Positions 16,036 to 26,800 of a DNA stretch of 64,000 nucleotides are shown here, piece after piece. Both the position numbers and the translations under genes were made by a program. How positions within the stretch are numbered: position 1 is the first letter of the stretch; every line of letters starts with the position of its first letter. The notes under the pieces are model-generated. The model was not told the DNA's origin. It saw only the letters and a program-made list of their open reading frames with translations, and did no database searches. Source of the DNA: Patescibacteria group bacterium (lineage in GTDB: Bacteria > Patescibacteriota > Patescibacteriia > JBDRGY01); contig JBDRGY010000001.1 in assembly GCA_043817315.1 (NCBI GenBank), positions 78,702 through 142,701 of the forward strand. Reading direction: 5' to 3'.

Positions 16036-19000
16036 ATGAAAATAACCCACAAAAATCTGGATCGGGTTTTAATCTTTATGGGTATCTTCTGGTTGTTTAC
16101 CGGCTATTTTTTTGTGTCTAGTGAATTTAGAGCGATGGCAGCCGGAAATACCTATTATGTAGCCGAAACTGGATGTTCAGACTCTGGTCCGGGAACAGCC
16201 GGTGAACCTTGGTGTGCTATCGCCAAAGCAGCATCTACTTTGCAAGCAGGAGATACTGTCTTGGTTCAAGATGGAACTTATATTGTCTCTCAGATCAATC
16301 CAACATATTCAGGAATAAGTGGCAGCCCAATAACATTTAAAGCCAACGGGGACAATGTGATACTTGATGGTTCAGGAACCCATGCTTTCTGGCTGCGTAA
16401 TCGAAATTATGTGACTCTTGATGGTTTCGAATTTATAAATTCAGAGGCTTGCGTTATGGTTTATCCCTCTTCTTCTACCATGACAGGGATAACATTAAAG
16501 AACTTTTATTCAAATGCAGGATGCAGAATTGGGATTTATACCTCAGATTTTGAATATGGATTAGAAGACTATCTAGTAGAAAATATTCACTTTATAAGTG
16601 CAGGTGGTATTGGCATGAATGGTGCCAATGGTGGAATATTAAGAAATTGCCTGTTAGATTGTACTGCAACTGCAGGTTCAGGAGGATGCAATACAGGGAT
16701 AAACAATGGAAACAACATTTTAATAGAAAACAATCAATTTCTTTTTGTAAATGAACATACAATCAACATAGGACACAGTGATCCAGCAAAGGGATGTACA
16801 AATGTTGTTGTCAGAAACAATCTATTTTACAGAATTCATGATGTAAAAATTGACGCTGGAAATGATAATGTAGATGTTTTACACAACACTTTTGTCCTAG
16901 AAAAAGATGCAGGCTGGAGCTCGATAAATAATCCGGAAGTCTATCCTTCAACGGATATAACTGTTAAGGATAATCTATTTGTCCAAACCGGTTGGACGCA
17001 TATCCCCCTTAGTAGATTATCCGAAAGCGATCATAATTATTGGGTTAGTGGCTGGCCAGATTCGAGCAGTGCCGTTATATACGGCAATCTTTTACTGGCA
17101 GATTGGCAAGCAGCCAGTGGAAATATCCATGATCTAAATTCCCATCAAGATCTAGGTTTGGATAGATATAACATTTTTGTTGATCCGGATAATTATGATT
17201 TTACTCCCCAGGCTAATTCTTGGCTTTGCCAAGATGGTAATGAAGGTTCTGATGGAGAAACAATTGGAGCCTTGTCTTGTGCCGGCGGGGGTGCGGCAGC
17301 AGTTTGCTCTGACGGAGAGATTACCGAAACTTGCGATTGTGGTGGCACTGACTATGATACCGGTTATTGTTGCGCCGGAGTTTATCAAGATAGTGATTGT
17401 AGTGTTGACGATATATCAATAATCCACTCACCGGAATATGTAGCTCATAGCACGGAAACTGCAAGTATCAACCTAACAGTTACTACCAATTACCTATCGA
17501 CCTGTAAATACGACACCAACAGTGGGACTGACTATGCCAGTATGCCCAATACCATGACTGGTTCGGACACTTCTCATACAGCTACCCTGTCCGGGCTGGA
17601 ATCGGGTACTACATATAATTACTACGTTCGTTGCAGTACTTCTTTTGGAACCACAGAAAATGATCACGAAATTGTCTATCGTGTTTTACCGGAATACGAT
17701 GATCAATATCCCAGACTTGGTTTGGTCCTACACGGTTGCATTATTGAAGATGCAGCAACAGTAGAGCAGGCGGCCCGTTACGATTTGTTAGTCTTGCATA
17801 AATATCACACCGAATACGAAGGCCGGTATTGTAATCCCGATCGCTTGGAAGAAATCAGAGCTTTAAGTCCCAGAACCAAAATGTTTGTCCATCAGCCTCA
17901 GAGCTATGCCTATCATCCTTTGGAAACCTGGCCAGGGGATGGATCTTATCCGGCGGCTGGTCATATCCTTTATGATTGGTTAGACGGAGTTGTCCATTAT
18001 GGTGATCCGGAAGACAGATGGACCTTGACTGATACAGCTGGTGACACCATTTGGGAATTATCCAATACTTCTTGGGATGTTGCAGTAATGGACATTACCC
18101 CTTACTGCCCGGTAGCTGATGGAACGGTGGACTACAATTACAATAGCAACAACGTTGATTATACTAAGGAAACCTTGATTGACCCGGGTATTTGGGATGG
18201 AGTGTTTTGGGATAGCTTATACAATAATATTAACTGGATGAACAGCAGTATAGAGCCGGATATCGACATTGATCACGATGGAGTGGCCGATACTAATGAT
18301 TTTTCCACCGCTCAATGGACAGCTGGCATCAATGATTTTTACAGCAAGGCCAGAAATTACATGGGAGAAGATATTTGGTTTATCGGTAATGGAAATCATG
18401 ATCAGTATCAGTACGGTAACGGAGAAATGATCGAAGGTTGGTGGAGCAATAGGACTTGGCGAGAAAGAATAGATGCTTTTGATAATTGGAACAGCAATGG
18501 CCAAGAGCCGGATTTCAATATGGTGGTCGGTCCTTATAATTCCGAGGAAATGCCAGCGACCCACAATTATCGGGTACCGCGTTGGGCATTTACTTTTTCT
18601 TTATTAACCGGTTCCTATTACGAAATGTTTGATGATGAAGTTGGTTATACAGAATTCTACTGGCTAGACGAATACGCAGTTGATTTAACCAGCGGGGAAG
18701 CGGTAATACCCACTGAAGCCAATGATTGGTTAGGAAAAAATTATCTGGGAGAGGCCGAAGATGATGCTTATGAGCTGGATGTTAATCCTACTTCTTATCC
18801 GCAAGGTGTCTGGAGAAGAGATTTTGCAAATGGGATAGTTTTAGCTAATCCGAATAGTCCATCAGTAACCATTGATTTAGGCGGTGAATACAGAAAGATT
18901 TTAGGAACGCAGGATCCGATAAATGATGGTTCAACTGTTTCCCAGATAACCTTAACTGGTAGTAACGGCATCATTCTCCTTAAACCGGCTTGCGAAGAAG

Positions 19001-19158
19001 ATTGGCAATGTACTGATTGGTCTGATTGTGAAGATAGCCAGCAAACCAGGACTTGTACGGATTTGAATGTCTGTGGTACCGAGATTGACAAACCGGAAGA
19101 AACTAGATATTGTGATTCGATATCCCCAGAAGATATTGATGATTTAATAGCCGACTAA
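16036..19158 (+). CDS. Giant surface protein of 1040 aa. It has a TM anchor, an N-terminal right-handed beta-helix (DUF1565/pectate-lyase-fold-like), an FN3-like domain, a TIM-barrel hydrolase-like domain and the C-terminal 4-Cys module.
   Basis: AAGNTYYVAETG...GDTVLVQDGTY beta-helix entry motif. Repeats such as NNQFLF and NNLFYR. The shared region TYNYYVRCST...YWLDEYAVDLTSG aligns with the 13959 protein. Ends EDWQCTDWSDCEDSQQTRTCTDLNVCGT...IDDLIAD. Confidence 0.7.
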   Translation: MKITHKNLDRVLIFMGIFWLFTGYFFVSSEFRAMAAGNTYYVAETGCSDSGPGTAGEPWCAIAKAASTLQAGDTVLVQDGTYIVSQINPTYSGISGSPITFKANGDNVILDGSGTHAFWLRNRNYVTLDGFEFINSEACVMVYPSSSTMTGITLKNFYSNAGCRIGIYTSDFEYGLEDYLVENIHFISAGGIGMNGANGGILRNCLLDCTATAGSGGCNTGINNGNNILIENNQFLFVNEHTINIGHSDPAKGCTNVVVRNNLFYRIHDVKIDAGNDNVDVLHNTFVLEKDAGWSSINNPEVYPSTDITVKDNLFVQTGWTHIPLSRLSESDHNYWVSGWPDSSSAVIYGNLLLADWQAASGNIHDLNSHQDLGLDRYNIFVDPDNYDFTPQANSWLCQDGNEGSDGETIGALSCAGGGAAAVCSDGEITETCDCGGTDYDTGYCCAGVYQDSDCSVDDISIIHSPEYVAHSTETASINLTVTTNYLSTCKYDTNSGTDYASMPNTMTGSDTSHTATLSGLESGTTYNYYVRCSTSFGTTENDHEIVYRVLPEYDDQYPRLGLVLHGCIIEDAATVEQAARYDLLVLHKYHTEYEGRYCNPDRLEEIRALSPRTKMFVHQPQSYAYHPLETWPGDGSYPAAGHILYDWLDGVVHYGDPEDRWTLTDTAGDTIWELSNTSWDVAVMDITPYCPVADGTVDYNYNSNNVDYTKETLIDPGIWDGVFWDSLYNNINWMNSSIEPDIDIDHDGVADTNDFSTAQWTAGINDFYSKARNYMGEDIWFIGNGNHDQYQYGNGEMIEGWWSNRTWRERIDAFDNWNSNGQEPDFNMVVGPYNSEEMPATHNYRVPRWAFTFSLLTGSYYEMFDDEVGYTEFYWLDEYAVDLTSGEAVIPTEANDWLGKNYLGEAEDDAYELDVNPTSYPQGVWRRDFANGIVLANPNSPSVTIDLGGEYRKILGTQDPINDGSTVSQITLTGSNGIILLKPACEEDWQCTDWSDCEDSQQTRTCTDLNVCGTEIDKPEETRYCDSISPEDIDDLIAD

Positions 19159-19160
19159 AT

Positions 19161-22148
19161 ATGATCAATTTTCCTCGGAAAATTATTTATCCAGTAGTGG
19201 CCGTTATCGTTTTAATGTTAAGCGGAGTAACGGTCTGGGCCATGACTGAAGATTGGGTATCCTGGCCCATGCAGTGGGACGAGTCAGCTGATAGTGTAGC
19301 TAGTGCTGCCTTTTTGAATGATTACGATATTGATGCCCGAGGGTTTGTTGAGGTTAATCCAGAGACGGGAGACTTTGAGTTAGGAGATGGTACTACTTTA
19401 CGCTTTTGGGGCAGTCAAGTCTGGACTGATGCCACCACGCCGACAACGACTATTGCCGATGGGGTGGCTCCCCATCTCAGAAAACACGGATTTAATATCA
19501 TGAGGATAGGTATCAATACGGAACATATTGACACTCAAGATGAATGGGAAAGATTTACTTATTTTTTAAAGCAATTAAAAGATGAAGGAATTTATGTTGC
19601 TCTTCAGGTAATGGCCGGAATCAGTTTTGATACCCTGTTAGATGAAACTGCCAGGCAAACCAGATTAGAATGGATTAAAGACGATTTATTAATGCGAGAT
19701 AATCCTTATGACCAACCTTTCTATAACAATCCCCAGATTGCCATGTTGGAGATTACTAATGAACTAAGTTTTCAAAGATTTTATCACTATCATCGCCTCA
19801 ACTATAATACTGAAGGCTGTCATCCCACCCAGGGACAAAATGCCTATCGTTATCCGGTGTCTCAATCTACTAGCAACTATCTTGACCAGGAATTTTCCCA
19901 GTGGTTGTTAAATAAATACGGAGACAGAGATACCTTAGAGGCCGCTTGGTTGGATTCACCGGCGACAGATCCGGCCGGGGCCAATTCGATTGTCAACGGA
20001 GGGTTTGAAAGCAGTATGGATAATTGGACTCTGACCACAGGAGATGGTTGTGAGGCCAGTTCTCAAATAATCAGTGATGCAGTTGAGGGAAGCCAAGCCA
20101 TCCAGATTGATGTAACTCAAGCCGGAGAAACCTACTGGAAAACAATTAGTTTGAGTTATAACGGGCCGATGGCTCTGACTGAAGGAAACTGGTACACTGT
20201 TGGTTTTTGGGCCAAGTCTGATGCGCCCAACCCGGGCGAGTATTGTGGCACCTATCCTTACCAATTTACTGTTATGGTTAGAGGTTTGCCGGGGATTGTC
20301 TATGGTGATAATAATATGCCCTACATCGATGCCATAGACGATGGAAATTCTAGCGTTGACGATGACTGGAAATATTATCAAGTTTCCTTTTTGGCAGACG
20401 AAACAGTCACCAGCCACGGATTTAGACTGACCGGTTTTGGCTACAAAACGGGAACGATTTGGTTTGATGACATTACCATTAAAGAAAATGGAGTTTATGG
20501 ACTAAGGAGCTGGGAGGACCCGGATCCGGCTTCAGAAAATGTATGGCGTTTGCAGTTGTTAGATCAATTTTCTTTTTCTGCTCCCCGCTATCGGGATACA
20601 GTTGAGTTTTACGTGGACAAAGAAAGAGAGTTTACCGGAGCAGTCACTGATTATTTAACAAATAATATTTTTACCGGTGATAGACCATTGCCGCCGATCA
20701 GCGGCAGTCAACCGGGGGGAACTTTGGGCGGCTATGCTGATACCACTCTCGGTCGTATCGATATTCATTCTTACTATAATAGTGTAGTAAGTGTTGAAGA
20801 AGACTCCTATGTAAGAGAAATAGGCAGACCGTGGTCAATAATATCTACTGCCAGGCAGGATCCTCCTTGGGATAATTTAATTGCTCCCCAGGCCAAGCAC
20901 CAGGTGGCCGGCATGCCCCTGACGGTTTCCGAACACAATGTTGGTTATCCTCACCCGTACCGTTATGAGAGCCCCTTATTGACAGCTGCCTATTCGGCTT
21001 ATCAGGGTTGGGACGGGATTTATTGGTTTAATTATCACTCTGACGGAGATGAAACCTGGGAAGATGTTAATGCTCTTTTTGGCGGGGCACACGGAGTTCA
21101 TAATATTGAGTCCAATTCCCAAACCATGGTCCAAATGATCCAGACAGCTATTATGTATCGGCGGGGAGATATCCAACAGGCTGATCGGTTTATTGACGTA
21201 TCTTTAACTAAAAACGAAACTCTAGATGGCCACAAGATAGGTGACGAGGGACGTAGCCGGGACAAATGGGGTTTGGGTGGTTATCCTTATGATTTATCAG
21301 ATGATTTGGATTGGCGCTATCTCATGCTTTATGGTGTTCGGATTTCATCATATGAAGCAGTAGGGCCCAGGCTATTTGAGGATTTGAAAACTGAATATGG
21401 ATTACCTGATATTAGAACTTGGAATGCTGACGAGTTGAAATTTGTTTCCGATACAGGAGAGCTAACTTGGGACGTCTCCGATAACGGAGGTGAGTTCGAA
21501 GATCATTTCCTGATTAATACCCCCAAAACTCAATCTGTGGCCGGTCGGTTAATGTACGGTGTTATCCCCAGAACCCTAAGCACAGATAATATGGAGGTAA
21601 CGGCTTCGGATCCGGAATACGGAGCAGTTACTCTTACCAGTATGGACAATAATGATATTGCTCAATCAGAGTCTCTGTTGATCTCCGGATTGAGACAGGC
21701 AGCTAATCAAGGCTCCACTTGGGATGCTGATGAAGAAATTTTGACCATGATTCAAAACGATACCATGCTGGAACCGGTCAATGCCCAGATTACCCTTGTC
21801 ATGGCTGCCAATTCCGAAAGTCTGACTGTTACTCCTTTAGATAAAACGGGACAAGTGATAGATTCCTCTTTACCAGTTAATAGAACGGCTTATGGAGACA
21901 GAGTAGAATACCAGTTCGATATTTCCGGGCCGATCTACGATACAGTTTGGTACAGTATTGCCCAAACTTTTACCGAAGAGTGTGTTGAGAACTGGCAGTG
22001 CACCGAGTGGTCAGAATGTGTAACAGGACAACAAACCAGAACCTGCACGGATATAAACGAATGCGGAACAGAGATAGATAAACCTTCCGAAGTACAAGAA
22101 TGCGATTCGGTGTCCCCGGAAACCATTGACGATTTAGTGGCCAATTAA
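19161..22148 (+). CDS. Giant surface protein of 995 aa with a signal/TM anchor, a GH5-like (clan GH-A) TIM-barrel glycoside hydrolase, a CBM4/9-like module and the C-terminal 4-Cys module.
   Basis: HGFNIMRIGIN and MLEITNELSF, with NEL in the position of the GH5 acid/base NEP. IVNGGFESSMDNWTL at the start of the CBM. Ends NWQCTEWSECVTGQQTRTCTDINECGT...IDDLVAN. Confidence 0.6.
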   Translation: MINFPRKIIYPVVAVIVLMLSGVTVWAMTEDWVSWPMQWDESADSVASAAFLNDYDIDARGFVEVNPETGDFELGDGTTLRFWGSQVWTDATTPTTTIADGVAPHLRKHGFNIMRIGINTEHIDTQDEWERFTYFLKQLKDEGIYVALQVMAGISFDTLLDETARQTRLEWIKDDLLMRDNPYDQPFYNNPQIAMLEITNELSFQRFYHYHRLNYNTEGCHPTQGQNAYRYPVSQSTSNYLDQEFSQWLLNKYGDRDTLEAAWLDSPATDPAGANSIVNGGFESSMDNWTLTTGDGCEASSQIISDAVEGSQAIQIDVTQAGETYWKTISLSYNGPMALTEGNWYTVGFWAKSDAPNPGEYCGTYPYQFTVMVRGLPGIVYGDNNMPYIDAIDDGNSSVDDDWKYYQVSFLADETVTSHGFRLTGFGYKTGTIWFDDITIKENGVYGLRSWEDPDPASENVWRLQLLDQFSFSAPRYRDTVEFYVDKEREFTGAVTDYLTNNIFTGDRPLPPISGSQPGGTLGGYADTTLGRIDIHSYYNSVVSVEEDSYVREIGRPWSIISTARQDPPWDNLIAPQAKHQVAGMPLTVSEHNVGYPHPYRYESPLLTAAYSAYQGWDGIYWFNYHSDGDETWEDVNALFGGAHGVHNIESNSQTMVQMIQTAIMYRRGDIQQADRFIDVSLTKNETLDGHKIGDEGRSRDKWGLGGYPYDLSDDLDWRYLMLYGVRISSYEAVGPRLFEDLKTEYGLPDIRTWNADELKFVSDTGELTWDVSDNGGEFEDHFLINTPKTQSVAGRLMYGVIPRTLSTDNMEVTASDPEYGAVTLTSMDNNDIAQSESLLISGLRQAANQGSTWDADEEILTMIQNDTMLEPVNAQITLVMAANSESLTVTPLDKTGQVIDSSLPVNRTAYGDRVEYQFDISGPIYDTVWYSIAQTFTEECVENWQCTEWSECVTGQQTRTCTDINECGTEIDKPSEVQECDSVSPETIDDLVAN

Positions 22149-22149
22149 T

Positions 22150-23856
22150 ATGAAATTAATCACCAGAGAAAAAACTACCATAGAAACCAGGTTGGGCCTG
22201 TATATCGGGGTTACGGCTACGGTTTGTGTTTCCATATTAGTCTCTACTATCTTGACAACAACGACACCATTTCTAGCTCCGCTTTTAAGTTTGCCCTCGG
22301 TGGTAGCTCTTGATTCATCCAACTCTATGAATTTAACCTGGACCGCTCCGGGTGACAATGGAAATAGCGGAACGGCTGCTGCCTATGATATTCGTTATTC
22401 CACTTCACTTATTAAAGAAGTCAACTGGGATCAGGCCGAACAGGTCGATAATGAACCAACTCCTGCAGTGGCAGGCAGTACTGAAACTTATCAATTAACT
22501 GGTCTTACCCCCAATACTACTTATTATGTGGGGATTAAAACAGTTGACGAAGCGGGAAACTGGTCAGGTATTTCTAATGTCGCTTCCAAAACCACTGATT
22601 GTTTTGAGGCCTGGTCCTGTGCTGAATGGGAAGATTGTCTTGATGGCCAACAGGCAAGAATTTGTACCGATTTAAACAGTTGTGGTACTGAGGAGGAAAA
22701 GCCAGTCGAAACTCAAAGCTGTACTGATCCAGATGAACTCTGTGAAGAAAACTGGGAGTGTACTGCCTGGTCTGCCTGTGAAGACAATGAGCAAGTAAGA
22801 ACTTGTGCCGATTCCAATGCCTGCGGTACAGAAGAAAATAAACCGGGAGCCAGTCGTTATTGTGATGTAGTTGGTGGTCCAGTAGGGGATCCGGAAGTGT
22901 TGAACCGCGAAACCTTAATCGTGACCGGTGTCAATAGCGGCGGTGGCCCTCAAGTAAAAACCTTTGATCAGGACGGAAACTTGCGTGGCCAGTTTTGGGC
23001 CTTTGATCAAGGATTCACTGGAGGGATAAATGTCTATGCTGAAGATTTAGGCCGAGATAATGTAGCAGAAATTATTGTTGGTGCCGGACCGGGTATGTTA
23101 CCGATAATTCGTATCTTTGATTCCCATGGTGGCTTACTAGGTAGTTTTCAAGCTTATGATGATAATTTTCAAGGTGGAGTGTCTGTAGCAGCTGGCGATC
23201 TGGACGAAGATGGTATTGCCGAAATTGTAACCATACCTCAATCAGGCGGGGGACCCAACGTTCGTATCTTTGGCTACCGTGACGGTCAGTATGTTCCGGT
23301 GATTGAAAGCTTCTTCGCTTATGACGTTCGCTTTCGTGGTGGAGTATCTTTAGAAGTTTGTGATTTGGATCGTGATGATAAGGACGAGATAATCACTATT
23401 CCTAAGAGTAACGGCGGTCCTCACTTGAGAATTTTTGGTTACCGTGACGGTGTCTACCGACCGGTCATCTTGGGTTTAATGACTCATCATCCTAACTTCC
23501 GTGGTGGACTCAATCTGGGCTGTGGTGACCTGGAAGGTAATGGCTACGAACAAATCATAGCGGCCCCAGCTTCCTTGGGTGGACCCCACATCAGAACTTT
23601 TGGACGCAACCGTTTAGGTTCTATCAGTATCTTAAGCCCGGGCTTTATGGCCTTTCATCCGGAGTTTAGGGGTGGTGTCTCTTTGACCACCGGAGATTTC
23701 GATTACAATTATCAAAATGAGATAGTGGTCTCGGTCTCTAGCGGAGACAGGGCCCTGATTAGAATATTTTATCAGGACGGCACTTTAATGAAAGAATTTT
23801 TGGCTTACCCAGAAGACTTTCATTTTGGAGTAAATGTATCTGCCGCTAAGTTTTAA
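22150..23856 (+). CDS. Surface protein of 568 aa with a TM anchor, an FN3 domain, two 4-Cys modules and a seven-blade FG-GAP beta-propeller. It ends in the tail GVNVSAAKF.
   Basis: FN3 segment LTWTAPGDNGNSGTAAAYDIRYS...TYYVGIKTVDEAGNWS. Modules CFEAWSCAEWEDC...CTDLNSCGT and CEENWECTAWSAC...CADSNACGT. FG-GAP repeats FRGGVSVAAGDLDEDGIAEIV. Confidence 0.7.
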   Translation: MKLITREKTTIETRLGLYIGVTATVCVSILVSTILTTTTPFLAPLLSLPSVVALDSSNSMNLTWTAPGDNGNSGTAAAYDIRYSTSLIKEVNWDQAEQVDNEPTPAVAGSTETYQLTGLTPNTTYYVGIKTVDEAGNWSGISNVASKTTDCFEAWSCAEWEDCLDGQQARICTDLNSCGTEEEKPVETQSCTDPDELCEENWECTAWSACEDNEQVRTCADSNACGTEENKPGASRYCDVVGGPVGDPEVLNRETLIVTGVNSGGGPQVKTFDQDGNLRGQFWAFDQGFTGGINVYAEDLGRDNVAEIIVGAGPGMLPIIRIFDSHGGLLGSFQAYDDNFQGGVSVAAGDLDEDGIAEIVTIPQSGGGPNVRIFGYRDGQYVPVIESFFAYDVRFRGGVSLEVCDLDRDDKDEIITIPKSNGGPHLRIFGYRDGVYRPVILGLMTHHPNFRGGLNLGCGDLEGNGYEQIIAAPASLGGPHIRTFGRNRLGSISILSPGFMAFHPEFRGGVSLTTGDFDYNYQNEIVVSVSSGDRALIRIFYQDGTLMKEFLAYPEDFHFGVNVSAAKF

Positions 23857-23861
23857 GAGAA

Positions 23862-26800
23862 ATGTCAGGAAAATACATGACTAAAATCCAGACTAAGAAC
23901 AAAATCAAACTTAGTATAAAAATTTTAATGGCGATATCGGCTTCAGCCCTAGTCCTGTCTGCCGGTTTCGCTATTTTTCGATTCCAGACAATAAAACAAT
24001 CGGGTATCACTAGCGGTGAATATATCTTCGAAACGAAGATTACTGATTTATCTAGAAAGACAGTGACTGATCCAGAAGGTAATAATTATATATTTATTCA
24101 ATCACCAGAGTCTAGCTACCTGAACGAAGCGGGTAAACCGAAAGTGCCAGTTCAGAACTATAAGGTAGAGATACCAAAAGATGCTAAGAATCTAAAAATC
24201 GAAGTGGTAAACTCTATTGACGAGCAAGAACGAATTGATGCTCACTATTACCCAGCAGAAGAACTGGTTCAGAAATCGATCGATGAAAATGTTGAGTACA
24301 TAGATGAAGAATTTTATATCGACAATAATTTCTATGATGAATATCAAGAAATATATCCAAAGAACCCGGTGGTAATTGGCCAAACCGGTAAAATGAGAGA
24401 AGTCAATTTTGTCGAAATCCTTTTTTATCCGTTGCAATATAAACCTAGTGATAAAACATTAGTCACTAATAGGAAATTAACGGCAAAGTTAACCTATACT
24501 TCAGAAAATGGCAAAGAAACTATCTCTTTGCCATCATCATTTAAATCTATCGGTAAAGGTATCTTAAATCATGAGGAAGAGGTCGATGCTCCTGCCACTT
24601 CAAGATTAGGCGCAGTAATTTATCCAACAGACTTAGCCAGCTCTAGTAATGTGGCTAATTACTTAATTATCACTGCCGATTTATTCTACGATAATATACC
24701 TGATAACGATGACCCGATTGAACAATTGGTTGAACATCGCTCCGAAATTAGCAATTACGATGTAGCGGTGGTCCAGCTAAGTGATATTGTGGCTTCTTAC
24801 GGCGCTTCAATTCCTATTCACCCCGATTTGATTGACACCGATGACGATCTGGATTTGAAGATAAAGAATTTTATCAAATACGCCTATGAAAACTGGAATT
24901 CAGGGCAACCCGATTTAGAATACATTTTAATGGTCGGTGATGCAGCTCCGGAAACAGAGGAGTTTTTTCTTCCGATGCATCTTTCAACTATAGAGTCCTA
25001 TGGCGAAAGAATCCTCACTGATCATTGGTACATTTGCATAAACGATGATCAAGCCTCACCCCAAATAGATGATATGGACGTAATTGGGGATATTATTTTG
25101 GGAAGATTTAGCGTACAAACTGAAACAGATTTATCAACGGTGGTAAATAAAACAATCAACTACGAATTGAATCCGCCACCGGACAATGATTGGGGAAACC
25201 GAACCTTGTTAACGTCAGGGTTTGAGGAGGGGGACGGTGGTTTACCTATAATACGTGATGAAATTTTAATTCCAAATGGCCTGGAAGCAAACGAAGTCTA
25301 TGCTGATGATTACACTGATTATCAGTTGGCCATTAATGACATTCTCGCCAATATTAATTATGGACATTCATTTTTTGTTCATCATGGCCATGGGTGGCCA
25401 TATGGCTGGCAGATTGGTGATGTCTATTCAATTACCACAGATGATATTGGCAATCTAAGTAATGACAATAGGTTACCTGTGGTATTTAGTATGTCTTGTA
25501 GCACAGCTAAAATTGATTCTGATGACCCGAGTTTAGCAGAAACATTTGTAAATGGTATTGAGGGATCAATAGCTTTTTTCGGAGCTACTAGAATAGCGGA
25601 TTCCTCTGGTTTTTCGTTAGCTATTTATACAATGCAGCAGATTTTCGAAGAAGGAGAATATAGATTAGGAGCCAGTATTCTTAAAGCAAAATCATTTAGT
25701 AATTCTGGTCTTGTATACAATTTATTTGGTGATCCAGCCCTTGATTTATCCCAATCAATTTTGTCTTCCGATAAACCAGATTTTAGAACTACACTGGAGG
25801 GATTTGATTACAGTGGAGAAAATGTTACTTTCTTTGCCACCATATATAATAAAGGATTAACCGCAGGTGAGAATGTAAAGGCAGAACTTTTTATTGGTCA
25901 TCCCGAACTAGGTGGAACAGTTATTGATGACTCAACAACTTTTCATACAATTCCAGCTCTATCTAATTTACCAATTGAAATTACAATCCCTCTCCAGGAA
26001 GGATGGGATCATGGATATAGTACAGAATTATACTTAGTAATCGATAGTCAAAACGAAATAGAAGAATTAAGTGAGCATAACAATATTAGCAATCAGCTGG
26101 CTTTCTTTTTGAACTTTCTACCTAATTATTACATCGGAGGAGGGTATGGCCCAAGTATCTATGACAATAAGCTTGTTTGGACAGAAAATCATGATGGAAT
26201 TTTTTCAAGTATTAATATGTTCGATTTGGGAAATGATGGGAAGTATGGAACGGCTGATGATAGCGGGGTGATTCAAATTACGGAAGACAACAGAAATAGT
26301 TATCACCCTTCAATCTATGGTAATAAAATTGTTTGGTATGGAGACACCAATGATGGCCAACTTGGGATCAGTCTGTACAATCTTGGTCAAGATGGATTAT
26401 TTGGTACATCAGATGATTCGGGTGTGATTACGATTGCCCAGGGGGGAGATAAAAAGTATCCTAAAATATTCGGAAATAAAATTGTCTGGCAAAAAGCGGA
26501 TTCATACGATTACTTATATATATTCGATTTAGGAAATGACGGTGTTTATGGAACAAGTGATGACAGAGGTCCAAGCAGAATTTCTAGTTTCCCACTTGAT
26601 TATAGTGATTCTTTCAGCTTTCGTGACAATAAAATTCTGTGGAGTTCTCTCAACTATCCAGATGATATGATCGAAGATGTTTTCCTTTATGACCTGGGAG
26701 ATGATGGTATCTTCGGAACTAATGATGATATAAAAGATGTTCAGATTACCAATAATAATATGAACGCCAGTAAACCCAACCTTTACGGAAAAAAAATACT